From an uncultured bacterium (GTDB lineage Bacteria; CSSED10-310; CAZUFC01), in the NCBI GenBank assembly GCA_964619725.1, contig CAZUFC010000100.1, positions 1 to 31,230 on the forward strand: a DNA stretch of 31,230 nt. The letters run 5' to 3'. Each line of letters begins with the position of its first letter. Position 1 is the first letter of the stretch. This document shows positions 1 through 7,501 of this stretch, piece by piece. Position numbers and translations under genes: made by a program. The notes below the pieces were generated by a model. It worked only from the letters and a program-made list of their open reading frames with translations, was not told where the DNA came from and did not search any database.

Positions 1-80
1 GATGTAAATCGTCATAATCCTTTGTCTTTGGATTGACATTTACAGATGCAGACCGTCGACAGCGGAAATTTGAATTTTCA

Positions 81-138
81 GGCATTGATCAAAAATCCTC
101 TTTTGAGGTTACAATGCGACAGAATCGTCTGTCATTTT
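81..138 (-). mobile_element. MITE family A copy 1, right (3') part, separated from its left part by the IS1-like insertion
   Basis: Minus strand reads AAAATGACAGACGATTCTGTCGCATTGTAACCTCAAAAGAGGATTTTTGATCAATGCC, matching the last ~58 bp of the intact copies at 14192-14352 and 25953-26106. Confidence 0.9.
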
Positions 139-206
139 GGTAGTGTCCTAATTTGGTTTTGGTGATTTAGGCTGACGGGGCTGGTTGGCATGAAGTTTGC
201 CAAAAA

Positions 207-697
207 TTATTGGAATAAGTTTGCCTGTTTGCCGATATTAGGAATTTTACGAACTTCAATTTGACCTTCTGCAAATTTTTCAAGTCCAGTATCATTGCTA
301 ATTATGCAATCAGCTTCTTTGGCAATTGCTGTAGCTACTAATATACAATCAGCTTTTATTTTTTCACGCTTTGCACCATAATTGCTTTGCAAATCTTTCA
401 CAATTCCCTTTTCGTATCTATCATTCCAAATTCTTGCAAAATGAGCAGCCGCCTGAAGATCAAATGGTTCAACTTGAAAAATCTTTGAAAGATGATTTGT
501 AATTGTTAAATGTTTATCTGATTTAATGGTCATTAACAATTCTGCAACAACAATTGAGGGAACTAAAACATTTATTTTATTTGATCTAGAAACTCAAATA
601 AATTTTTTGCTTTTTGTATCATGTTTTCTTGACCGGGCGTTGCTTGTTTAACAATTCCCCAAATAATTACATGGGTGTCAAGGCAAACAAGTTTCAT
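207..697 (-). pseudogene. PIN-domain (VapC-like) ribonuclease toxin, single frameshift near 580
   Basis: ATG at 697 gives MKLVCLDTHVIIWG (PIN beta1 + Asp). The frame stops after FLDQIK. Adding one A joins it to VLVPSIVVAELL...ADCILVATA...IISNDTG in ORF 207..539, giving ~163 aa. Confidence 0.8.
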
Positions 698-700
698 TTG

Positions 701-1334
701 TTATTTTAAGTCCCCGTTTCTGAGTTTTAAGGCAAAATCATCAATATCCGAAATGTTGTTAAAGTGTTTTCCTATTTTTTCTGAAAGCTCTTTCATAGCA
801 GAAGCAACAGATTTTTGTTCATATAGTCCGATGTCTTTAATTTTAAATTTTTTTAATTTTAAATCTCCAGGACTCCAAGTAGCCGTGCCATTCAATGAAA
901 TAATGCAGTAAAGTTTTTGTGCCAGTTGTTTTGCTATTCGCTCGCTGACATCGCAAAAAATCGTGTCTCCCTGAAGTGTTTCAATCATAATTTTAGGCGA
1001 AATCCCTCCCACACGAATAATTTTTCCATATATTGTCGTTTCCCCAATGATCATTGGTTGTTCCTGAATGATTGTATCTGGAGTTATTTTTGCTACATTT
1101 TGATGTGAATTCAAAGAATGAAATTCAGCGATGCAGTTATGCTTCCGGGAAGAATTTCAGTCAGTCCGATTTTACATCTTCTTTTTTAAAGTTGGGATGA
1201 TTTTTATGAATGACTGATGCAATTATATCTTCAGTTGAAACAAGGATTTCTGCTAAATCCCTTGACCGAATTTCCCCTAATTTAATCTTGTCACCTATGA
1301 AACGAATTTCGAGTATTTTTTTTAACGGCCACAT
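701..1334 (-). pseudogene. Hypothetical protein co-transcribed upstream of the PIN gene (putative antitoxin/partner), broken
   Basis: ATG at 1334 opens MWPLKKILEIRFIGDKIKLGEIRSRDLAEIL...KEDVK, then a frameshift at ~1170 and a second break at ~1120-1145. The C-terminal part is ORF 701..1114, whose stop lies 3 bp before the PIN start. Confidence 0.6.
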
Positions 1335-1408
1335 GATTCACTCAGTTCTTGAACTGGGGAATGATTTCCCCTTTCATATAACAGAATACTATCGTTTGAG
1401 TCAAACGT

Positions 1409-1449
1409 CAAACGAAGGACTTGATTAAATCTTTCAAGCCCCTCGTTTG
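1409..1449. terminator. Imperfect hairpin downstream of the transposase
   Basis: CAAACGAAGGACTTGA ... TCAAGCCCCTCGTTTG inverted repeat between the transposase stop and the cargo genes. Confidence 0.4.
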
Positions 1450-1461
1450 TCTTTTTAAAAT

Positions 1462-2289
1462 TTAGATTCCAACCACCTTCAACAATTCATCCCAACTCCA
1501 AACATGATCGGTAATTCCGGCTTCCATAGCGGGCGTTACCTTAAGCGTCTGATGAATTCGGCAGAAATTGTAATGAGCGAAATGAAGGGCGATTGCAGCC
1601 TTCAGGTTTTTCAGCTTTTTTGAGAAGGCGTTCGTCAACCTGGTAAACCGCCTCATACACATTCTCATCGTAAGGTTCTGACGTTCTACGAACGAAGTCG
1701 ATATTTTTTCCCTATCGGGATTTCCTTTAATTACGTTTGTTTTAGTCTCCACCACGTTGGGCGGGCTGTACCTCTTTTCTTCTTTTTGCTCCGACTCATA
1801 AACTTTTATCAGTTGAGCAAAATCGACTTCGCATCCGAAAACGGTCTCGACCGCATCGACGTAAGGTTTAAATCCGTCGCTCGTTATCTGAGGTCTGTTT
1901 TTAACGGCTTGTCTTAAACGAAGTAAAAACTCAGTCGCGGATATACCGTTTCTTTTTCCGGTTATGAAAACGGGAGCCAGCTTCGTATCCGCATCGATTG
2001 CGACGAAAGTGTATTGATCGCCCTTTTCATTTCTTTTTATCTCTCCGCTTTTGACGTTCTTCTGTTTCTTTTCGACGAAAGCCCATATTTCGTCAATATG
2101 GATCGACTTCATTTCGATGTCCTTCATTTCCTCGCTCATTAATTGCATGCAGGCTTCCCCGACCTTGACTCCCAGTCTCATAATCGTGTCTCGATGAACG
2201 CCGGTCATTCTTTCAGTCGATCTAATCGAATTTCCTTCCACCAGGGCGCTTAATACTTGAATTTGTTTTTCTTCAGACAGCTTGTTCAT
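1462..2289 (-). CDS. IS1-like DDE transposase (HTH + DDE, single ORF)
   Basis: N-terminal HTH GNSIRSTERMTGVHRDTI; catalytic IDEIW, TSDG, VERQN; C-terminal RRFTRLTNAFSKK, HYNFCRIH, TPAMEAGITDHVW; RBS AAGGAG upstream. Confidence 0.92.
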   Translation of the reverse strand: MNKLSEEKQIQVLSALVEGNSIRSTERMTGVHRDTIMRLGVKVGEACMQLMSEEMKDIEMKSIHIDEIWAFVEKKQKNVKSGEIKRNEKGDQYTFVAIDADTKLAPVFITGKRNGISATEFLLRLRQAVKNRPQITSDGFKPYVDAVETVFGCEVDFAQLIKVYESEQKEEKRYSPPNVVETKTNVIKGNPDREKISTSFVERQNLTMRMCMRRFTRLTNAFSKKLKNLKAAIALHFAHYNFCRIHQTLKVTPAMEAGITDHVWSWDELLKVVGI

Positions 2290-2363
2290 AATCGACTCCT
2301 TGCGTTTTCATGCAAGGAATGCGATAATAAGAGTGTCTAGGCTCTTTGCATTCCATGCACTGA

Positions 2364-2483
2364 GTTACGATCCCGGTCCTCGGTTGCGAATCCGACCCCG
2401 ACTCCGATCCCGGAACCGATTGCGATGTCGACACAAATTGTCAAAATTTTTGAAAGAAGTGTAACCCCGGTTAGATCAGTCCC
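2364..2483 (-). mobile_element. MITE family A copy 1, left (5') part
   Basis: Minus strand reads GGGACTGATCTAACCGGGGTTACACTTCTTTCAAAAATTTTGACAATTTGTGTCGACATCGCAATCGG plus the hexamer tract, matching the starts of the copies at 14192, 25953 and 30193. Confidence 0.9.
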
Positions 2484-2598
2484 CATTTTTCTTATGCGGC
2501 GAAAGTTGTGATTGTCCTACAACATTACTCACTGGGTTGATATGTCTCGATACTTGATTCAGATGTTTCAGAAGGATTCAAAAGGCATTCCCAATTCA

Positions 2599-2681
2599 GC
2601 GCTGAAAGCGCAGCAGCTCCGAAGGAGCAAGATAAATCAGCCCAGGACCAGGATATCTGGAGGATTACACCGCCCTGGGTT
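2599..2681. repeat. REP-like cluster of short palindromes
   Basis: GCGCTGAAAGCGC (2599-2611), GCTCCGAAGGAGC (2616-2628), and AGCCCAGG...CCTGGGTT (2639-2681) with an inner CCAGGATATCTGG. Confidence 0.6.
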
Positions 2682-2699
2682 AGAGGGGTTAGCCGCTTT

Positions 2700-2768
2700 T
2701 CACCAAAAGTGCGGGAGAACCCATTTTTCATCATAATCAACGCCCTGTTCTTCCAAGAGACTCCTCAA
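2700..2768 (-). pseudogene. Probable C-terminal remnant of an IS200/IS605-type (REP-associated) TnpA
   Basis: Translates to LRSLLEEQGVDYDEKWVLPHFW*, which resembles the 'LLxxxGV(E/D)(Y/F)DE(R/K)Y' tail of IS200-like Y1 transposases. It lies next to the REP-like palindromes. Confidence 0.45.
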
Positions 2769-2770
2769 TT

Positions 2771-2791
2771 AATTTTCGCGCAGCGAAAATT
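2771..2791. other. Perfect 9-bp hairpin
   Basis: AATTTTCGC-GCA-GCGAAAATT, at the point where the TnpA remnant is truncated. Confidence 0.5.
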
Positions 2792-2800
2792 ATGGAATTC

Positions 2801-2829
2801 TTGACAGTTCAGCGTCCGAAAGGCATAGT
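2801..2829 (+). promoter_or_regulatory. Sigma70-type promoter for the polyprenyl synthase
   Basis: TTGACA-17 bp-CATAGT, about 30 bp before ATG 2860. Confidence 0.6.
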
Positions 2830-2859
2830 GAAAAAGGCTGATTTTTGCGGGATATAGCT

Positions 2860-3786
2860 ATGACAGACATTTCCGATGCCTTGATACATTTTGTCGAAAC
2901 CAGAAAAAAAATTATCGATGATAATTTAATACGGGTTTCTCTGCCGAAAAATGAGAACAATACAGAATTGATTCCTTCGATAAAACACAGCGTGTCCGCA
3001 GAAGGAAAACGGTTGCGTCCCCTGCTTTTTCTTGCTCTACTGGAGTCTTTCGGCATAGAAACAGGGAATGCAGAAGGTTATGCGACAATGGCATGTTCGT
3101 TTGAAATCATGCATGCCGCTTCGTTAATACACGACGATTTGCCTTGCATGGACAACAGCGACCTGCGGAGAGGCAAACCCGCCAATCATGTCGTCTTCGG
3201 GGAAGCCATAGCAGTACTGACGGGAGATGCCCTGTTGAATTCCGCACTCAAATGCATGCTGGATGGAGGCGAAGAGGCGGGATTGGCTCCTCAAACGATA
3301 CTTCACATCCTGAAAATTATCTCTTTTTACCTGGATGATACCGTGGACGGCCAGGCCGTTGAATATAATCTGCGAGGCATAGTTTTTTCTGAAGATGCGC
3401 TCATGGATATCCTGGAGAAAAAAACCGCCTCACTGTTTAAAGCCATATTCTCAACAGCCTCCATTACAGCAGGTAAAGATGAAAAAACGAGACTCCGGCT
3501 GAACGAAACGGCGACATATTTCGGCACAGCTTTTCAAATAGCGGACGATGTTCTGGACATGATTGCTGATGAACGAACAATGGGAAAAAATACGGGTAAC
3601 GACGACCGTAATCAAATTACTACTTACCCGAAACTCGCAGGAATCGAAGCCGCCTGTGAAAAGGTTGACTTCCTGCTGAAAAAAACACGCTGCTCACTTC
3701 AAAATGTGCCTCTTCAATCCGACCTGCTTCCCCAATTGATGGAATATTCTACAGTAGAGCGGATTCAAACCGTGAGAACGGGATAG
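2860..3786 (+). CDS. ispA: Polyprenyl (farnesyl/geranylgeranyl) diphosphate synthase
   Basis: GKRLRP, FARM HDDLPCMDNSDLRRG, GDALL, GQ, KT and SARM FQIADDVLD motifs; ATG 2860 preferred over TTG 2845. Confidence 0.9.
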   Translation: MTDISDALIHFVETRKKIIDDNLIRVSLPKNENNTELIPSIKHSVSAEGKRLRPLLFLALLESFGIETGNAEGYATMACSFEIMHAASLIHDDLPCMDNSDLRRGKPANHVVFGEAIAVLTGDALLNSALKCMLDGGEEAGLAPQTILHILKIISFYLDDTVDGQAVEYNLRGIVFSEDALMDILEKKTASLFKAIFSTASITAGKDEKTRLRLNETATYFGTAFQIADDVLDMIADERTMGKNTGNDDRNQITTYPKLAGIEAACEKVDFLLKKTRCSLQNVPLQSDLLPQLMEYSTVERIQTVRTG

Positions 3787-3816
3787 CCATATTCACAGGA
3801 TGTGTGTTGGATACTA

Positions 3817-3849
3817 ATGGATGCTTGATGCTTGATGTCCGGCATCCGT
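3817..3849. terminator. Hairpin between convergent genes, built on GATGCTT heptamers
   Basis: ATGGATGCTTGA...TCCGGCATCCGT inverted repeat. Confidence 0.4.
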
Positions 3850-3886
3850 TCGTTGCAGTTTTCGAGTTATTCGTTCCCCCGATATA

Positions 3887-4532
3887 TCACTTCGCCGGCA
3901 ATGACTTATACCACCCTTCCACAATTTCCCCTATCTCACGAGGATGGTCTTCCTGCAGAAAATGTATGCCTTTGCCGATATCCCTGGTTTCGAGGTTTTT
4001 AATGTTCTTTTTGCACCATTCGAGATTCCCGGCGTCTATGATGCCGCCAGGAGACGCATAAATAAGCAGCTTCGGAATATCGGACTTCTCAAGTTTATGA
4101 CTGTATTCTCCAACGAGCTTGTGCATATCGGCGGGTTTTCCGTCTATCGGGATTTCGCAAGGCCAACGACGTACGGGTTTGCGGCTCCTGATGGTTCTGA
4201 ACGGCGTTTTATAGGCTTTCTTTTCTTCGGGTGTGAGTTTTCTGATTATGGCTTTAGGCATGATCTGTTTGACGAATACGTTCATTATGCAGATTAAAAA
4301 CCAGCCGATGACCGGAGCCCGCATCATTTTGAATCCCAACCTGAAGTCCTTATTGAAATCCATCCAGTTGAAAGGTTTAATCATAGCTTCCATGAAAGCG
4401 ATACCCTTTATATTTTCTTCGTTCATCATAGCGTAATGAAAACCCAGGGCTGATCCCCAGTCATGCAGAACCAGCGTTATGTTTTCCAGATTCAAAGAGG
4501 TGATGAACTTTTCGATGTATTGATAATGATCC
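3887..4532 (-). pseudogene. Haloalkane dehalogenase (DhaA/LinB-like alpha/beta hydrolase), 5'-truncated
   Basis: HDWG nucleophile motif, FMEA catalytic acid and GIHFLQED catalytic His. Similarity extends upstream only to DHYQYIEKFITSL (~4532); the N-terminal HGNP/DLIGMG region is absent. Confidence 0.8.
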
Positions 4533-4564
4533 GGGCTAAATATGCCCTTTTGTACATCTCCCTC

Positions 4565-5470
4565 TTACTTTTTGACTCCTTCTCCGTTAAGGATGCTCGC
4601 CGCTGACTGCTGAACGCGCAGTATCTTTTGCCGCAACTGCTTCTTGTCTTGCTGATCGAGCAGTCCGGGTTCCATGATGGAGAAAAGGGAGATCATTTTA
4701 TCGCTTAAATTGGTTATGGCATTTAACTCTTTTTGGACTCTATGCTTATCGTTTTTCAATGAACGAGCCAGCGCCAGCGCCTGGTCACCCGACAGTTTCT
4801 CTTTTTCGATCCTTTTCAGCAGATCATCGAACAAATTTTTGCGATTCAGCAGCGTTTTTAAAGCTCTTCCATGTTTTTCGGTCAGTCCTTCCTGTTTTAT
4901 TTTTTCCTGGACCTTATCGGGAAGCGCCTTCAAGCCGACCAAATTAAGTATATGCCTTTTGGACAGGTGCACTTTTTTCGCAACTTCATCCCATGACGCC
5001 TCCTTTTTCGGAGAACCCAGGTTCGCTTTGAGTTTTTCCAGAGCGTCAGCTCTGTCCATAGCATTTAAATCTTCCCGGTGAATGTTTTCGACAAGCGAAT
5101 CGGCATAAGCTTCATTTTCGGAACGCTCGCATACGATAGCAGGTATATCTGTTAATCCAGCCAACCTGGCGGCTCGCCACCTTCTTTCTCCCGCAACAAT
5201 CTGAAAACCGCCGTCATGTCGCCTTACCCTGATCGGTTGCAATATGCCCCGCTCCTCTACCGACGACTTCAGATCCTCCAATTTTTGCTGAGAAAATTTC
5301 CTCCTGGGTTGTTCAGGATTCTCCGAAATCAGTTCCAGTCTGATGAGTTTAGCTTCCGGCAGTATTGCGACCCCGTCGTCGTTCCCCTTCTTTTTCTTTA
5401 AATCCTTTGCATGCCCTGCCTTTGTAGCCGTTTTTCAGGATTGCTTCCCCAGCGTCTCTTTTTTATCCAT
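4565..5470 (-). pseudogene. parB: ParB/Spo0J-family protein; one-base frameshift in the A6 run just after the start codon
   Basis: ENPEQPRRKF, GILQPIRVR, IVAGERRWRAA, LVENIHREDL and HTH motifs. RBS GGAGG + ATG at 5470 is out of frame by one base; with A7 it reads MDKKRDAGEAIL... continuously into ORF 4565..5281. Confidence 0.75.
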
Positions 5471-5848
5471 CCCCTAGCCTCCTTCATTTTACTGCCTTCA
5501 CTCGCCGCCTGAACCTGTCCGGTAATATATTAACAGACTATATCCTTCCCAGCAGACTATCCGCATTAAACATTGACTCCTTGTTCATTTTACCTGCGCC
5601 CTCAATCCATTAGCATCTCATAGCCTGCATAACGTCGGCGGAACATTTCCAGGCGTAGGCGGTGAATTTGAAAGTTTACTTTATTAAATTGTATAATCGT
5701 CTGTCTTTGACTTTTCCGGTACTTTCTTCACTTATTATTTTATTATCCTGAAGCTTTGTCAAGAGTAAAATTGAGACCGGCATTAAATTATCAGGTATAG
5801 TCGAGTCTGTCCGTAAACGGCTGATTTGCGCTGATACAGTTACAGAAT

Positions 5849-7501
5849 TTATTCGGAAATATTGAGGCCTTTTCTTTCCAAAAAAGAGCCCTCCAGGCGG
5901 AACAGCTCCAGCAGCGCTTTACGATATTCGATAATTGCGCTGATTTCATTTATCTGGGAGGCCACCAGGTCTCTTTGAGACTGAGCAGCCAGGAAAGCTG
6001 TAGATTTTCCGACCTGGAATTTTTCATTTTCAGCGTCAAGAGTTTTCTGACGGAATATTCTGGTGGCGCGTGCAGCTTTGATCTGCTCTTCGGCCTTTTG
6101 GACATCGACGTAAGCGGTCCTGACGTCGACCTGGACGAGTTGGACCATGTTTTTCAGCGCCAGTTCCGTCTGCTTATAAGAAACGAGGGATTGCCTGCGC
6201 TGTGCAGTCGCCTGCCTGTTCTGCAGAGGAAATTCCAGGTTAACTCCTATACCGGCCTGGAATTCATCGCCCTCCGAGTCGTCCTGACCGGAGAAGGAGT
6301 CTGAGTAGGCAGAGCCGCCCAGGTTAAGGAAGAGGTCCAGTTTCGGCAGCAGGCCGTTTTTTGTTCTGACGAGCTCGACCTCGCGTTTTTTGATCAGGAG
6401 TCTGGCCTGGTTGAGGTCAGGGCGTTTCATCATGGCCGTTTTTACATGAGATTCCACGGTGTCCAGTTCGAGTGGTTTTAATTCCGGGGCATCGATAAGG
6501 TCGATTTTTTGATCCCAGTTGCTGTTTTTGTCATTGAGATTAAGGATTCTGATGAGATTAAGGCGCTTTTTTGCCAGGTTACCCTCGGCGTTGATGAGTT
6601 GTTCCATTCGGCCTGCAGCTTCGGCTTCGAAAGCTGCCAGTTCCGTTTCAGCCAGTTGACCGACGAGTATTCTTTCCTTCACTTCGTCAATGCGGCGACG
6701 GGCCAGTTCAAGAGATTTCTGATAAATATCAATGGACCTTTCTGCCAGGATGTAGTCCCAATAGGCTCGTTCGGTTTGCGCTGCCAGAGATTCGGCCGCT
6801 CCTTTAAGTTCGTACAGCGATATCTCCGTGTCCAGTTCGGCTTGTCTCACTTGGGCCAGGTTTACGTTCATTCCTCTGCCCAGGAGCAGCGCCTGAGTGA
6901 AGGCGACATCCCAGGAAAGCTCTTCGGAATCGGAATCGGTCCCGTTTTCCGTTGATGATGCAGTATAATCTAAGTCCAGGTTTACTGCGGTTCCGGGTGA
7001 AAACAATTTAGAAAGTCCGGCGCCGGCATAATCCGTATTCATATCCGATGAAGTCTTGGAACCGTCTTCCGGTTCAGTATCCGTCCGGGATTCGGACGCG
7101 CCGGCAGACGCAGTTAATGACGCATCGAAAACCGATTTCTGGAGTATTTCCCGGGTGCGGCTGATCTCAGGTTCCAGGCGATCTATTTGAAAGCTGACGT
7201 TATTATCCAGGGCCTGCAGAATGGCTGATTCCAATGTCAATTTCAGCGTCTCACCATCGGTAGTGGTCATGAATGCAGAATCAGACTGACTGGTCGCCTC
7301 ACTTATTGCGTATTCAACCTCATCAGAAGAGGACCTTTTTTCAAGTTTCGTATCATCAGACGCTTCAGATATCCCGAACCCGGAAGCAGACAGGTATATT
7401 GCCGTAAGGGATGCCAGGATCAGCCTTAATCCGGGAATACGACCCGGATTCAGAGGATATTTTTTAGCTTTTCGGCCGTTTTCATTATCCAAATTCCACA
7501 T
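5849..7501 (-). CDS. TolC-family outer membrane efflux protein
   Basis: LTLESAILQALDNN, RPDL, LLPKLDL and EKFQVGKST motifs; last gene of the efflux operon; hydrophobic signal region. Confidence 0.9.
   Translation of the reverse strand: MWNLDNENGRKAKKYPLNPGRIPGLRLILASLTAIYLSASGFGISEASDDTKLEKRSSSDEVEYAISEATSQSDSAFMTTTDGETLKLTLESAILQALDNNVSFQIDRLEPEISRTREILQKSVFDASLTASAGASESRTDTEPEDGSKTSSDMNTDYAGAGLSKLFSPGTAVNLDLDYTASSTENGTDSDSEELSWDVAFTQALLLGRGMNVNLAQVRQAELDTEISLYELKGAAESLAAQTERAYWDYILAERSIDIYQKSLELARRRIDEVKERILVGQLAETELAAFEAEAAGRMEQLINAEGNLAKKRLNLIRILNLNDKNSNWDQKIDLIDAPELKPLELDTVESHVKTAMMKRPDLNQARLLIKKREVELVRTKNGLLPKLDLFLNLGGSAYSDSFSGQDDSEGDEFQAGIGVNLEFPLQNRQATAQRRQSLVSYKQTELALKNMVQLVQVDVRTAYVDVQKAEEQIKAARATRIFRQKTLDAENEKFQVGKSTAFLAAQSQRDLVASQINEISAIIEYRKALLELFRLEGSFLERKGLNISE

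Larger units (their letters stand above)
139..2363 (-). mobile_element. IS1-like DDE insertion element with passenger genes (~2.2 kb)
   Basis: Contains a DDE transposase. One end reads GGTAGTGTCC (IS1-like GGT end). Both boundaries are independently fixed by the interrupted MITE: removing 139-2363 restores ATCGTAAC|AAAATG. Cargo is AT-rich. Confidence 0.82.

Noticed and set aside
1-15. Possible minus-strand gene start (AAAGGA..ATG ACG ATT TAC ATC)
   Set aside because: Only five codons lie inside the window, so it cannot be supported.
2282-2740. ORFs 2282..2464, 2512..2736 and 2525..2740
   Set aside because: They run across the IS end, MITE and REP-like palindromes and have no protein motifs.
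5480-5840. parA remnant or parS site upstream of parB
   Set aside because: No Walker A-type frame and no TGTTTCACGTGAAACA-like palindrome seen.
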